Under the pieces are notes generated by a model. The model saw only the letters and a list, made by a program, of their open reading frames with translations. It was not told the DNA's origin and ran no database searches. A DNA stretch of 39,575 nt from a virus (Duplodnaviria > Caudoviricetes), in IMG/VR virus record IMGVR_UViG_3300030376_005037, positions 1-39,575 of that record; one strand, written 5' to 3'. Within the stretch, counting starts at the first letter, position 1. Every line of letters starts with the position of its first letter. Positions 9,358 to 19,507 of this stretch are shown here, one piece after another. A program made the translations under genes and the position numbers.

Positions 9358-10638
9358 TTACAGGGTTAATATCTCGTACCCTTGTTTAATATAGTAGCCT
9401 GTGCGCATACTAGCCTGCCTCTTTGCAGTCCTTCCAATTAAATTAATATCCACTACTACAGGTTGTTGTTTGCCCTCGTAGTCCCTAATTATTCTTCCAA
9501 TGAGCTGTGTAAGTAACGGCTCGTTATTTACTGGTGTAGCAAGTATTAAACAGCTAAGAATATTTAGAGAAATACCCTCTGAGAATATAGCTTGCGTCCC
9601 ATACAGAACATCTTTATCCTCATAAATCTGATTAATTATCTCAGCTCTATTTTCGTGATGGACTGCGCCCGTCACACAAACTGCGTTATCACCAGTGAGT
9701 TTCGCGCAGTTCTTTAGGAAATCTACTCTATCAGATACCACCAACACTTTATGACCTTTGGCAGCATATGATGATGCAGTCATAGCCACAGAGTGTTGAT
9801 ACTCTGGGTTATAGGCTAATTCATTTATTCGATTAGCCCAAGGGATAGAGTTTCCATCCATGAATCGTATATCCATTGGTAGGATATGTACTTTTGGCAT
9901 CATAAAGTTTTCTTTTGGGGGTCGTAAGACATTATCTCCAAAATAATCTCTAAACACTACATGTCTGCCATCTTTTCTTTCTAGTGTACCAGTAAGGCCT
10001 ATCTTATATCTAGCACAATTTTTATCTATGATTCTTGAGAATGTTGGTGCACTACAATGATGCATTTCGTCAAGAATGATAGTTCCAAAGAGTTGTCTTA
10101 TCTCTGGAATTTTTCTATATAAACTCTGTATGTTCCCAATCACTACAGGCTTATCAACTTCAAACTTACCACTACCAATAATGCCAGCTTTAAAACCAAA
10201 TACTTTTTCTACTTCATCTTCCCATTGTTTACGCAATGCTAAAGTGTGCGTAACTACAAGAGTTTTTTGACCAAGCTTACCTGCTATTGCAAGGCCTGTA
10301 AAAGTCTTACCCCAACTTACCCAAGCGTTTATTATACCACCATCGCCAATCTCGTCATAAACAGACTGTTGACTTGGTCGTAATTCTAAATTAAACTCAG
10401 GGAAGTCTACTGGCTTTAGTATTCTTTTATCTGTAATTTCATGATCCGCTGGTATTAGGTCTTGTCTGCCTACTGGTATTGCAACGAGTCCTTGTCGTAT
10501 CATTGCCATATTTTTTATAATCAAAGGCGGATCACCAAATTTAAAAGATGGCACAGAGTAAGTTAGCTCTTTGTCAATATTTTGTTGCTGATTAGGAAGT
10601 ACCTCTAGGTAAATTCTATCACTGATTACTGCTTTCAT
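9358..10638 (-). CDS. SF2 helicase (T5 D10/UvsW-like)
   Basis: WGKT, DEMHH, GLTGT, QLIGRIIR motifs; start taken at MKAVISDR. Confidence 0.93.
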   Translation of the reverse strand: MKAVISDRIYLEVLPNQQQNIDKELTYSVPSFKFGDPPLIIKNMAMIRQGLVAIPVGRQDLIPADHEITDKRILKPVDFPEFNLELRPSQQSVYDEIGDGGIINAWVSWGKTFTGLAIAGKLGQKTLVVTHTLALRKQWEDEVEKVFGFKAGIIGSGKFEVDKPVVIGNIQSLYRKIPEIRQLFGTIILDEMHHCSAPTFSRIIDKNCARYKIGLTGTLERKDGRHVVFRDYFGDNVLRPPKENFMMPKVHILPMDIRFMDGNSIPWANRINELAYNPEYQHSVAMTASSYAAKGHKVLVVSDRVDFLKNCAKLTGDNAVCVTGAVHHENRAEIINQIYEDKDVLYGTQAIFSEGISLNILSCLILATPVNNEPLLTQLIGRIIRDYEGKQQPVVVDINLIGRTAKRQASMRTGYYIKQGYEILTL

Positions 10639-11131
10639 ATCCTTTAAACCATTGTACAAGAGAATATCTTGTGCCTTTTGTGACAGGGGTGACTTCATGG
10701 TATAGATTAGAAGGAAAAATTATTACTGTACCCTGTGAACTTTCTACTGCTTTGGACTTATGTGCGTGTTGAAACTTTAAGAACCCTCCTTTATAGTCAG
10801 TTGGCTTTGAAAGTTGTACGCTTACACTAAGTATTCTGTTATTTGTTTCATCAGAATCTTTATGTAATCCATAAAAGTCCCCCACATTATAGGTTGCAAA
10901 CTGTACATCTTCAGCTTCAGTTATGCAATAGTTTTCATACTTACTCATAGCAAGCTGTTGAATATAGTCTTTTACTACCTGATTACCAATAAAAGATACT
11001 TTAGTTGATCTGCCTTCAGATAGAAGATTATCTTCCCCTATTCCAGCATTTATCTGAGGACGATTTATGCCCTCATCAATAAGTAATTCACATACTTCTT
11101 TTGGTATTATTTGTTCAAATATCTGTATCAT
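10619..11131 (-). CDS. 2OG-Fe(II) oxygenase (prolyl-hydroxylase-like)
   Basis: YGLHKD, R.LSVSVQL, YKGG, FPS..YHEVTPVTKGTRYSLV motifs. Confidence 0.9.
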   Translation of the reverse strand: MIQIFEQIIPKEVCELLIDEGINRPQINAGIGEDNLLSEGRSTKVSFIGNQVVKDYIQQLAMSKYENYCITEAEDVQFATYNVGDFYGLHKDSDETNNRILSVSVQLSKPTDYKGGFLKFQHAHKSKAVESSQGTVIIFPSNLYHEVTPVTKGTRYSLVQWFKGYESSNQ

Positions 11132-11646
11132 TTATATAATTGTGTATTCCATGGGTTAATATTTATAGATGTTCTAACTCCTTTAAATTGTTCTACTCCA
11201 TGATATAAACCTGGAGAAAAGACTATTAGCCTATTCTCTCTCGGTGTAATTTCTACTCCATTTTTAAACTGCAACTTTCCATCTACTAAATTTTCTATTT
11301 CTAGATAAAATACTGTAGAACATATAGGGTATCTAGTCACTCCTTTTGATGTATACGCAACTTCGTCTTTATCATAGTGCCATTGCATAGGTCTGGTATT
11401 TGTGTGCGACCAATAGTCATAGCCTACTAAGTTGCTAGTATCAAAATATTTTCCAGCATGCCTTAAAATTTGACGACACATTTCTGAGTTATCATGTTCA
11501 GAATCTATTAAATGCCACCCTTCTCCCTCTTTATCAAGAACTCCACTAACAAAATTGTTTGTAGAACGATTGATAGTTTTTTTCCAAAACTTCATTTGTA
11601 TATCTGTAAATACACCATCTACTATTGCAATCATATTTTTCTCCAT
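11128..11646 (-). CDS. 2OG-Fe(II) oxygenase
   Basis: WHYDKDE, NRLIVF, HGV..R.S motifs. Confidence 0.8.
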   Translation of the reverse strand: MEKNMIAIVDGVFTDIQMKFWKKTINRSTNNFVSGVLDKEGEGWHLIDSEHDNSEMCRQILRHAGKYFDTSNLVGYDYWSHTNTRPMQWHYDKDEVAYTSKGVTRYPICSTVFYLEIENLVDGKLQFKNGVEITPRENRLIVFSPGLYHGVEQFKGVRTSININPWNTQLYK

Positions 11647-12110
11647 GAGTTCTTTTTCTTTTCAGAAGATGTATCATACAATATCCAAGGAATACTATCT
11701 CGATATAATATTCCCGCCCATTGTTGGTCATCTTTGAGAGGTCGGTCTAAAGTAAAAGGAAATGGGCAATCTTTTACCCATAACACACTTGCTACTATTT
11801 TCTTTTCTGTACGCAATATCTTATGATACTTTAGCGTAGCTTTAGTTGTTTTTTGTTTACGAAAGAAATATCCTGTGTTGTCTATATAAAATTTTCCTTT
11901 GTGGTCAAGATATGACCGAATATCTTTTATCATATACTTCACAGGATATATACTTTTCATTGGACTTTGGAGTCGCCTTATACCCAGTGTCTTGCCTTTC
12001 ATATTTTTATCGTCAAGAACTTGGTTTTCTATCCAAAGGATTCCGTCTACTAATGTTATTTCATCAGTATGAACGGGAAAGATGGGAAATTGTATTTTAT
12101 CATATATCAT
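11631..12110 (-). CDS. Conserved T5-like hypothetical protein downstream of DNA polymerase
   Basis: VLDDKNMKG.TLG.RRL and FYID..G motifs; synteny. Confidence 0.75.
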   Translation of the reverse strand: MIYDKIQFPIFPVHTDEITLVDGILWIENQVLDDKNMKGKTLGIRRLQSPMKSIYPVKYMIKDIRSYLDHKGKFYIDNTGYFFRKQKTTKATLKYHKILRTEKKIVASVLWVKDCPFPFTLDRPLKDDQQWAGILYRDSIPWILYDTSSEKKKNSWRKI

Positions 12111-14382
12111 ACATCTTGGTAAATTTCCCTAGAGAGTAGTCATCATGTACATCAAAATCACAACCAACAGGTGTGCCTGGTATACTAAACCCTCTATCTT
12201 GTTGTATGAAACTTTGCAGTTTCTCACAATACCACTCTATCTCATTTTCTGGCACTTCTGCCAAGATAGAGTCATGAACAAGTGCAAATATCTTAGATTG
12301 CATTTCTGCTTTTTTGATGTACTCGTTCATATCTATACCACCAAGTAAGTTAATGTCAGACGCTACAGACTGAACTAAGAAGTTTAGTCCAGACCTTACT
12401 TCGTGGCTTTGAATTCCTTGATTATCAGACTTAACATTTGGTAGTCTACGCTTTCTGCCTGTTGCACCATATATAAATCCATTGTCCATAATAAATCTAC
12501 TAGAGCGGTCAATCCACTTTCTTAGATTAGAGAACTGTCTAAAGTAATCATCAATTACTTCTTGTGCATCTGTCTTACTGAAATGTTTTCCAGAATCTGC
12601 TGTGACTTGCTGAGAAATCTTACTTGCTCCAGCACCATACATTATGCCGAAGGTAACAGCCTTTGCAGCCTGTCTTTGTGTGGGATAAAGGTCTACTACT
12701 TCATCTGCCTCACATGGTAAGTTAAATACTAATTTTGCAATACTAGAGTGAAAATTACCGCCACTCTTGAATACATTCATTAAGTTCTCGTCTTGAGCAA
12801 GCACAGCAGCAACATACACTTCTGCGGTTGTTAAGTCCATTGCAACAATCTTGTGTCCTTCTTTGGCACGAATACACCCTTTAACAATAGGATTGTCTCT
12901 AGGTATTTGTTGCATATTCATTTTACCACTAGAAGATAGACGCCCTGATGTTGTGCCATGCAGATTGAAACCTGTACGCAGCCTATCGTCTCTATCTAAT
13001 TGTGGGTAGATTTTATCTAAGTATGTGTTCTTAATCTTTGACTTTTGTCTTATGCTAAGAATATGCTTAGGTATCTCATGTTCTTCTGCTAATTGTTTTA
13101 GTACTTCAGCATCTGTTGAGTGCTGACCTGTACCTGTCTTTTTGCCTGTGGGTTTTAGTCCGACAAAATCAAACAGTAGTTCTCTTAGCTGTACTGTACT
13201 GTTTGGGTTAAATTCTTTTTTCTTTACATCTTCAAATCTTTTTACTGCATCAAATTCATACAGTTGATTTACTGCTTCATCTATATCTGCTTGCATTAAA
13301 TCTCTGCCTTTCAATAATCTTTCTTTATCGAAAGGAACACCATGGTCTTGTATATCTGTTAAGAATCTACAGCCTGGTATAAGTATATTTTCATATACAC
13401 TAAATAACTTAGGATTCTTTCTAACTGCTGGATAAAGTTTTTCAAATACTAATAGAGTCACTACTGCATCCATTGCAGCATATGTTTTCATAACTTCGAA
13501 TGGAATACTATCCCAAGTAAAATCTGCTTTAAGTATTCTATTTTGTTTTTTGTATCTGTCAATCCAATCGTGCATTGGTTTTTCATAGTCACCGTAGTCA
13601 GTATGCTCCATTGCTAGTTGTTTTAGACCGTGTCCTCCAGGAACTTCATCTAAACAATAGTGTAATAACATTGTATCTTCGAACTTCGGAAAAGAAAAGC
13701 CAAAGTGATACTCAAAGAAAGCCAAGTCAAACTTTGCATTATGAAATACTACTGTTTTAGTATTAAATATTTCTTGCATTATCTTTTCCATAGCTTCTGT
13801 GATAACATCTGTAAGTATATAAGCACCTTTGTGTTTTTTGTAAGACATACTAAAACCAATCATATACCCATCTCTTGGGTATAATCCTGTTGTTTCTGAG
13901 TCAAGTGCTATAAACTTATTCTCATGTTCTAGTGCATCTTGTAAAAACTTCAATGCATCTTCTTCATTGTCTATCCCTAGAGCTTGTTCTTCGCTTACTT
14001 TCTTTACTACTAAGTCTCCACTAATAAAGTCTATTATATTTGCTTTGCTTTTGTCCCATAAAGGTTTTGCCTCTGGTTTAAAAGATAGCATAGCAGGGTT
14101 GATTACAGGAAGAAACTTATCTTCTACACATCTACCACTATATTCTGTGATAGAATTTACACTAGTGAAAAACTTTAGTGATTCTGAACCAACCAATATA
14201 ACCCAGTCATATGTTTCAATATCTATCTCGATGTCAACATCTGCTTTTAATATTTTCTTTTTACTACTATCCGAGCATAAAGCATACCTATCAAACTCAA
14301 AAGCGTTGTCAAATCGGTCAGACCAATTTGTTCTACTTATCTTTGATTCAATTATTGCTACTTGTGTCATATTCTTTTCCAT
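12100..14382 (-). CDS. polA: Family A DNA polymerase with 3'-5' exonuclease
   Basis: DSETTG, HNAKFD, YAAMDA, TTSGRLSS, DLTTAEV, RQAAKAVTFGIMYG, LVHDSI motifs. Confidence 0.97.
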   Translation of the reverse strand: MEKNMTQVAIIESKISRTNWSDRFDNAFEFDRYALCSDSSKKKILKADVDIEIDIETYDWVILVGSESLKFFTSVNSITEYSGRCVEDKFLPVINPAMLSFKPEAKPLWDKSKANIIDFISGDLVVKKVSEEQALGIDNEEDALKFLQDALEHENKFIALDSETTGLYPRDGYMIGFSMSYKKHKGAYILTDVITEAMEKIMQEIFNTKTVVFHNAKFDLAFFEYHFGFSFPKFEDTMLLHYCLDEVPGGHGLKQLAMEHTDYGDYEKPMHDWIDRYKKQNRILKADFTWDSIPFEVMKTYAAMDAVVTLLVFEKLYPAVRKNPKLFSVYENILIPGCRFLTDIQDHGVPFDKERLLKGRDLMQADIDEAVNQLYEFDAVKRFEDVKKKEFNPNSTVQLRELLFDFVGLKPTGKKTGTGQHSTDAEVLKQLAEEHEIPKHILSIRQKSKIKNTYLDKIYPQLDRDDRLRTGFNLHGTTSGRLSSSGKMNMQQIPRDNPIVKGCIRAKEGHKIVAMDLTTAEVYVAAVLAQDENLMNVFKSGGNFHSSIAKLVFNLPCEADEVVDLYPTQRQAAKAVTFGIMYGAGASKISQQVTADSGKHFSKTDAQEVIDDYFRQFSNLRKWIDRSSRFIMDNGFIYGATGRKRRLPNVKSDNQGIQSHEVRSGLNFLVQSVASDINLLGGIDMNEYIKKAEMQSKIFALVHDSILAEVPENEIEWYCEKLQSFIQQDRGFSIPGTPVGCDFDVHDDYSLGKFTKMYDI

Positions 14383-14388
14383 TTATAT

Positions 14389-14417
14389 ATTATATCAAAT
14401 TTTATACGCCGTGTCAA
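14389..14417 (-). promoter_or_regulatory. Sigma70 promoter for polA
   Basis: TTGACA-17-TATAAT; ATG 6 nt after the -10 box. Confidence 0.88.
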
Positions 14418-14941
14418 GAACTGTTTTTTGCTACTGTCTTTTTAGTATTTACATTGTTTGCCCTTGCTGACACAAACTTTAAATTGGACATATGAGGATT
14501 CCATCTATTTGCATCTATGTGATCGATATGAAAATACTGTCTAAGTTCTTGTTTTAATTCTACAGGCAAAGTAGGCCACCAAGGTTCTAGGTGTTCAGGA
14601 CATTCAGATTCAAAATCTAACCAAGTTTCTGCTACTAGTACATGAATATATTCTTTTCTTCTTATACTACCTTTAGGAGCACTTGTAAAATTAGAACTAG
14701 CTTTATCTATAGTTTTTTCATCATGATGCTCTTCTGGCACAATGATAGTTATACACGGATAGTCTGCAGTCATGCTTCTCTGCGTCCATGTCATTACTTT
14801 TCCTGTATCTTTAGACTGTTTATAACTTATTACTATTCCGTCCTCTGTTATTTTATAACCTGGAACTGTATGCCCTCTGCATTGTACATCTCTTAATTCT
14901 TGCCCCTCATATACAGGCAGTACACTTTTCATTTTATTCAT
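14414..14941 (-). CDS. HNH homing endonuclease-like protein
   Basis: YKITEDG.V.S N-terminus, IH.LVAETW, IDHIDANRWNPHMSNL....ARAN; inserted between primase and polymerase. Confidence 0.8.
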   Translation of the reverse strand: MNKMKSVLPVYEGQELRDVQCRGHTVPGYKITEDGIVISYKQSKDTGKVMTWTQRSMTADYPCITIIVPEEHHDEKTIDKASSNFTSAPKGSIRRKEYIHVLVAETWLDFESECPEHLEPWWPTLPVELKQELRQYFHIDHIDANRWNPHMSNLKFVSARANNVNTKKTVAKNSS

Positions 14942-15770
14942 ATAATCTTTTCCTTAACTGTTGTACCTTAACTTCGGCAAGTCCGCCAGGGTCTATGTTT
15001 TGTCCTAAATTTATGTTTCTAGCAGATAGTCCCACCTTTTCTGCCAATATTTTGAGACCTTCTGCAGCATCTTGCCCTGCTGTGTCTCCATCAAACATTA
15101 TGTCTACTCCCTCTATGTTTTGCATTTTAATTATAGATAATTTATCTTCATCTATATTTTTTGTACCAAAGCAACAGATTGCATTTGGTAAACCTTTGTC
15201 GAAGAGATTTATCATATCAAAAATCCCTTCGACTAGGATTACTCTGCCTTTAATTGGTTTGACAGAGGCAGGGTACAGTGGTAGCTTAGCTTGTGGAGGG
15301 TATATGAGATACTTAGGTATCTCGGTCATGGTCATATGTCGACCATTAAAAGCTACCACCTTTCCTGTTATATCACGAATCGGAAAGACTATGCGTCCAT
15401 TAAATTGCGTTTCGTGATGCATAAAAGCATCGAAATGCTTATATGTTTCGGGTTGAATTCCTCTCCAGTTTCCGACATATGGAGCGAAGCCTTTAGGAAA
15501 TTCAAATCCAATACTTGCTGAGCGTTTCTCATCTATGGAGGATTTCAACTTTTGTCTCTTTATCTCCAAGAAGTTTGCTGCAGCACCAAAATGTTTAAAC
15601 ACATTACCTCTGAAGCCACAAGAAAAGCAATTAAATATACCAGTGATATTATCAATACGCATACTAGGATTGCTGTCCTCGTGGTCAGGGTTGAGGCATT
15701 TGACTACATAATCTCGACCCGAGACTTTATAGTCAATACGCTTCTCTTGTAGTAGTTCATCTACTCTCAT
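14934..15770 (-). CDS. DNA primase (DnaG-type)
   Basis: C...H.D.NPS...CFSCG zinc finger, VEGIFD, FDGDTAG Toprim motifs. Confidence 0.95.
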   Translation of the reverse strand: MRVDELLQEKRIDYKVSGRDYVVKCLNPDHEDSNPSMRIDNITGIFNCFSCGFRGNVFKHFGAAANFLEIKRQKLKSSIDEKRSASIGFEFPKGFAPYVGNWRGIQPETYKHFDAFMHHETQFNGRIVFPIRDITGKVVAFNGRHMTMTEIPKYLIYPPQAKLPLYPASVKPIKGRVILVEGIFDMINLFDKGLPNAICCFGTKNIDEDKLSIIKMQNIEGVDIMFDGDTAGQDAAEGLKILAEKVGLSARNINLGQNIDPGGLAEVKVQQLRKRLYE

Positions 15771-16315
15771 TTAGGATTTACACCTTTATCAATAGAGCTA
15801 TTACTACTAGTATTGTCATTACTAATATTTCTATCATGTTTCCATTTCAGTTTGTCACCGAGGTCTTCGTACTCGGTCATTTTAGTTCCGTCACTATCTA
15901 CATCATGCTCATAGAATCTAGTTTTGAATACAGCTTCTTGCATCTGAAACCAGATAGCAATAGCTTCACTTCTAAATTTTTCGTCAGGCCATAGGTAGTA
16001 ACAATTCCACCAATCATCTAAATATCTGTGTACTGTGACATTAAGATTAAAGTCAGGATTGGATTCTTTTAGTATTTGTACTGCTCTTAGTCTTTGACTG
16101 CCAGCAATAGGATACCAACTCTTCATGCACAAGAATGGATTCTTAATACCATTCTCTTTTATACTTGCAATCAGAGGTTCATTTGCAGGAACATTATGTA
16201 TGTTCTGCGCGACTGTAGGCTCTGTTAAAAGTCTGTCTGTCGTTGTAAAAATTATTTCGTATGGTGGTACTGCTACCAATTCTGCAGCTTTGCCGCCTAT
16301 TCTATCAGATGCCAT
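15767..16315 (-). CDS. ParB/Srx-like domain protein
   Basis: LIASIKENGIKNP...IAGSQRLRA resembles the ParB N-terminal motif. Confidence 0.55.
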   Translation of the reverse strand: MASDRIGGKAAELVAVPPYEIIFTTTDRLLTEPTVAQNIHNVPANEPLIASIKENGIKNPFLCMKSWYPIAGSQRLRAVQILKESNPDFNLNVTVHRYLDDWWNCYYLWPDEKFRSEAIAIWFQMQEAVFKTRFYEHDVDSDGTKMTEYEDLGDKLKWKHDRNISNDNTSSNSSIDKGVNPK

Positions 16316-16562
16316 TTGGGTCTCTCCCCACTTTTACATCTGCCATAAATCGTGTAAATTTCTGTATTAAATTTTCTGTTGAGTCTTTTACTCCTTCTTT
16401 CCACTTTCTGCCTGTTGCAGTTTCTTCAAAGTGTTTTTCACCATTATTGTAAGCAACTTCAAATATTCCATTACAGGCATGTATATATTTTACCTGTCTG
16501 CCCCATTCTTCGGCTTCTATTTTTGCTTTATGTTTTGCAACTCTATCTTTATATTGCGTCAT
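16305..16562 (-). CDS. Hypothetical protein
   Basis: GGAG RBS; short overlaps with neighbouring genes. Confidence 0.7.
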   Translation of the reverse strand: MTQYKDRVAKHKAKIEAEEWGRQVKYIHACNGIFEVAYNNGEKHFEETATGRKWKEGVKDSTENLIQKFTRFMADVKVGRDPNGI

Positions 16563-17904
16563 GTATATCTTCTCCTGTTGATAGGCTGTCTTTAATCGCG
16601 TCCCTTTCTTTGGGGTTCATGGTAGACTGAGGGCCTATCTTTAATGTTTCCCAGTCCATAACACTTGTGAAGCCTTCCATTTTTGCACTACGCATTTTTG
16701 TACAGTTAAATGTGATACACTCGTCCTCTGGAGACCAAGTCTCAATCGTATAAGCGGCATCAGCTGCATCAAGAATACCTTTTGCAAATCTAGCTTCTCC
16801 TGTATTGTCTGTTTGATATGGAGAAAACACAGGAACATTATATTCCTGTGCCATGCTTTTCAAAGTTTTACTTACTTCAATCTGCTCTGTCCAATCATAT
16901 TGACCACCCTTACTCGGTACATTACTTCTCTTTACTTGATTTAGATAATCAACTATGATAACTCCATAGTCTCCTTGACTAAGTTTGGACTCCAGTTCTT
17001 GTCTAATTCTTGGTAATGTTAATACTGGGTCATAAACTACATCAAGTTGTTTGTCTTTGTGGAGAGGTCTTGTCTGTAATTTCTTATGAAACTCATCAAA
17101 ATCTCTATCTTCATAGAAGTTTGGTAAGAGTTCTACTCCTCCATCGAATCTTCCTGCCCACCACTCTGCCACTCTGTTCCACTCAACATTAGTTAAGTTA
17201 CGAGTTGCTAGTCTTGATATTGGGATTCGTGCACCAAGAGCACACATTCTTTGAAGAATAGAACGACTATCCATTTCTATAGTAAAATAAATACTACTTC
17301 TTCCTTGTTCATAAACATTATTTGCAATATTTACACAAGTCAAAGACTTACCTGCACCTCTTCGTCCACCTACTAATACGAGATCTCTAGGCGAGAACTT
17401 CATACCTTGGTCATACTCATCATTGAGTCCAAGAGGTAAATATTTTTTAAGGTCTTTTTCAGTATCAAATAGTGCAATTGTTTGCATATTTTCTTCTGGC
17501 GGTTTCAAATCAACACGGTCTCCTATATCTAATACGATTGTTTGTAGAGCTTCTACATTCTCCTCCGCATTAGATATAGCGACAGTTTTGTCTATAAATC
17601 CGTCTAGTTCATTTAGTATTTCTACTTGGGTGTATTCATTTTTTACATATTCGAGCAGAACCCAAGCGTCAATATCAATATCAACAGCTTCGATTGCAAA
17701 TACTTTTTCTTGGAGTTTTCTATCACGAATGGATAGTTTGAGGTCATCAAAGGTGGGCAGGGCATTGAAATTTTTTATGTGAGTATCCATCGCCTTATAT
17801 AAAGGTTGATACTCGTTAGCAAGATAGTTTTCTCTTAGGTTTCCCCAAGTATCAAAATCTTCCTGCGTAATTATTTGCTTCAACAGAGCTGAAGTTAAGT
17901 TCAA
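16549..17904 (-). CDS. DnaB-like replicative helicase (T5 D6-like)
   Basis: GGRRGAGKS, FTIEM, IIVDYLN, ARFAKGILDAAD motifs; TTG start with GGAGG RBS. Confidence 0.93.
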   Translation of the reverse strand: MNLTSALLKQIITQEDFDTWGNLRENYLANEYQPLYKAMDTHIKNFNALPTFDDLKLSIRDRKLQEKVFAIEAVDIDIDAWVLLEYVKNEYTQVEILNELDGFIDKTVAISNAEENVEALQTIVLDIGDRVDLKPPEENMQTIALFDTEKDLKKYLPLGLNDEYDQGMKFSPRDLVLVGGRRGAGKSLTCVNIANNVYEQGRSSIYFTIEMDSRSILQRMCALGARIPISRLATRNLTNVEWNRVAEWWAGRFDGGVELLPNFYEDRDFDEFHKKLQTRPLHKDKQLDVVYDPVLTLPRIRQELESKLSQGDYGVIIVDYLNQVKRSNVPSKGGQYDWTEQIEVSKTLKSMAQEYNVPVFSPYQTDNTGEARFAKGILDAADAAYTIETWSPEDECITFNCTKMRSAKMEGFTSVMDWETLKIGPQSTMNPKERDAIKDSLSTGEDIHDAI

Positions 17905-17921
17905 TGTCTACCCTCCCAGAT

Positions 17922-17953
17922 AAAAAAGTGCAAGGGAAGAAACTCCCTTGCAC
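17922..17953 (-). terminator. Intrinsic terminator after D5
   Basis: GTGCAAGGGA-N6-TCCCTTGCAC followed by T6 on the minus strand. Confidence 0.85.
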
Positions 17954-17969
17954 AAGATTTTAGAAAAAA

Positions 17970-18695
17970 TTAGCTAGATGCTTTCTCTTTCCTAGCAGCG
18001 CCATCATAATCAGCACAAGTTAGACCTCTACGAGTCAACATTGTTTTAACGCCTCTTACAGTTTTGCCAATTTCATCAGCAATATCTTCAACACTTAAGT
18101 CTCCAATATTTTCGATGTCCGCCAAAGGATCAGCTTTGCTAGAACCTTTGGTTTCTTTTTGCTTAGGTATAGCGTTAATGTCGCCACTTCTAAGCAAGCT
18201 AAGAGCCTTTCCTCTAATTGAATTAACAGATTTGCCAAGGGCTTCTGCGATTTCTTCAACAAAAGACCCACCATTTACCATTTCAGTAAATGTAGCTTCT
18301 TCTTCGGGAGAGTAAGTTCTGACTGATTCAGGCTTCTCAGCTGGTTTTACATGGGAAGTAAGTTCCATAGATAGAATTTTTCCCTGTATTGATTTAGCAG
18401 AAAATTCTCCACCTTCAAAAGAAGATGCGATGTCTGCATATGTGTACTGACCACTATTGTCAGTTACGAACGCTTGTAGTGTAGCTTCTTGGTCTTCAGA
18501 AAAAGTTCTGTTAGATACTGATGAAGCAAGTTCTACATCGTGTCCCATTTTTCTAAGTTTGCTAGAAACACTTCTTGTAGAAGTTTCTAACTCTTCAGCT
18601 GCTTGAGCAACTGTGGCTTGTGAGATTGGTGACTCACTGCCAACGAAATCAACTAATTGTTGAGTTCTTTCATCTGTCCATTTTGGTAATGCCAT
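17970..18695 (-). CDS. T5 D5-like DNA-binding protein with repeated HTH units
   Basis: Repeats WTDE/FSED/YSPE followed by RSVSSKL/KSIQGKI/NSIRGKA; C-terminal LTRRGLTCADYDG. Confidence 0.88.
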   Translation of the reverse strand: MALPKWTDERTQQLVDFVGSESPISQATVAQAAEELETSTRSVSSKLRKMGHDVELASSVSNRTFSEDQEATLQAFVTDNSGQYTYADIASSFEGGEFSAKSIQGKILSMELTSHVKPAEKPESVRTYSPEEEATFTEMVNGGSFVEEIAEALGKSVNSIRGKALSLLRSGDINAIPKQKETKGSSKADPLADIENIGDLSVEDIADEIGKTVRGVKTMLTRRGLTCADYDGAARKEKASS

Positions 18696-18697
18696 GA

Positions 18698-19465
18698 TTA
18701 TTTTCCTATTTCGTTTAAGTTGGTTATTATTTTAACACCCCTTTCTTGGGCTGTCCTCGTTTTTGCGGACTCAATACCGCTTTCATTCACTAATATATTT
18801 ACATCTTTAGTCAAACTACTTTTAACAAGATAGCCCAGTTTCTCTAAATATTCTGTTGCTTGAGCCTTTGTCTTGTAGCTTTTTAGTTTTCCAGAGATAC
18901 AAACAACTCCTTTATTTTCAGTGGGTTTAGACACTTTTAGTATCTGTATCCACTTAAATGGAAGTCGTTCATATCCGTCAATAAACTCTTCGTAATACCA
19001 GTCCAATAAATGTTCTGTTGCTACTGGTCCAAGGCCTGCTTCTTTACAAGTCTCCTCACTAATCTCGTCCATGTTTTTAATAACAGAGCAGAGTTTAGCA
19101 GAAGCTGACCGACCAATCAGTTTGATAGAGAAAGCGGGTAATAAGTCAACTAAATCAGTAGCCTTACTACTTTGGATTTCTCTATGCAGTTTAACTGCAA
19201 GTTTCTCGGACTGTAGTGCTTCAATCATTATTTCAAGAGGAAGCTCGTAGATGTCATACAAATCTTGAATCTGTAGTTTTTCTACTGTGCGAGGTCCGAG
19301 ACCTTTAATTTTGAGAGCAGAAGCAAAGTGTTCAATCTTCTTAGTTGTCTTACCACCACACTTGGTGTTATGACAAAAGAGCTGATCTTTTTCCCATGTT
19401 AATTCTGACATACATGATGGGCAGAATGTTGGCGGAATAATTTGTTTTGTATTTGCTCTCTTCAT
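18698..19465 (-). CDS. NAD-dependent DNA ligase subunit B (Zn finger, HhH, BRCT)
   Basis: PTFCPSC...C...C, IKGLGPRT, CISGKL BRCT motifs. Confidence 0.9.
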   Translation of the reverse strand: MKRANTKQIIPPTFCPSCMSELTWEKDQLFCHNTKCGGKTTKKIEHFASALKIKGLGPRTVEKLQIQDLYDIYELPLEIMIEALQSEKLAVKLHREIQSSKATDLVDLLPAFSIKLIGRSASAKLCSVIKNMDEISEETCKEAGLGPVATEHLLDWYYEEFIDGYERLPFKWIQILKVSKPTENKGVVCISGKLKSYKTKAQATEYLEKLGYLVKSSLTKDVNILVNESGIESAKTRTAQERGVKIITNLNEIGK

Positions 19466-19478
19466 TTCTTATTTATAT

Positions 19479-19507
19479 ATTATAACAAAAATCAGTTGCC
19501 ATGTCAA
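19479..19507 (-). promoter_or_regulatory. Sigma70 promoter for ligase B
   Basis: TTGACA-17-TATAAT. Confidence 0.88.
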
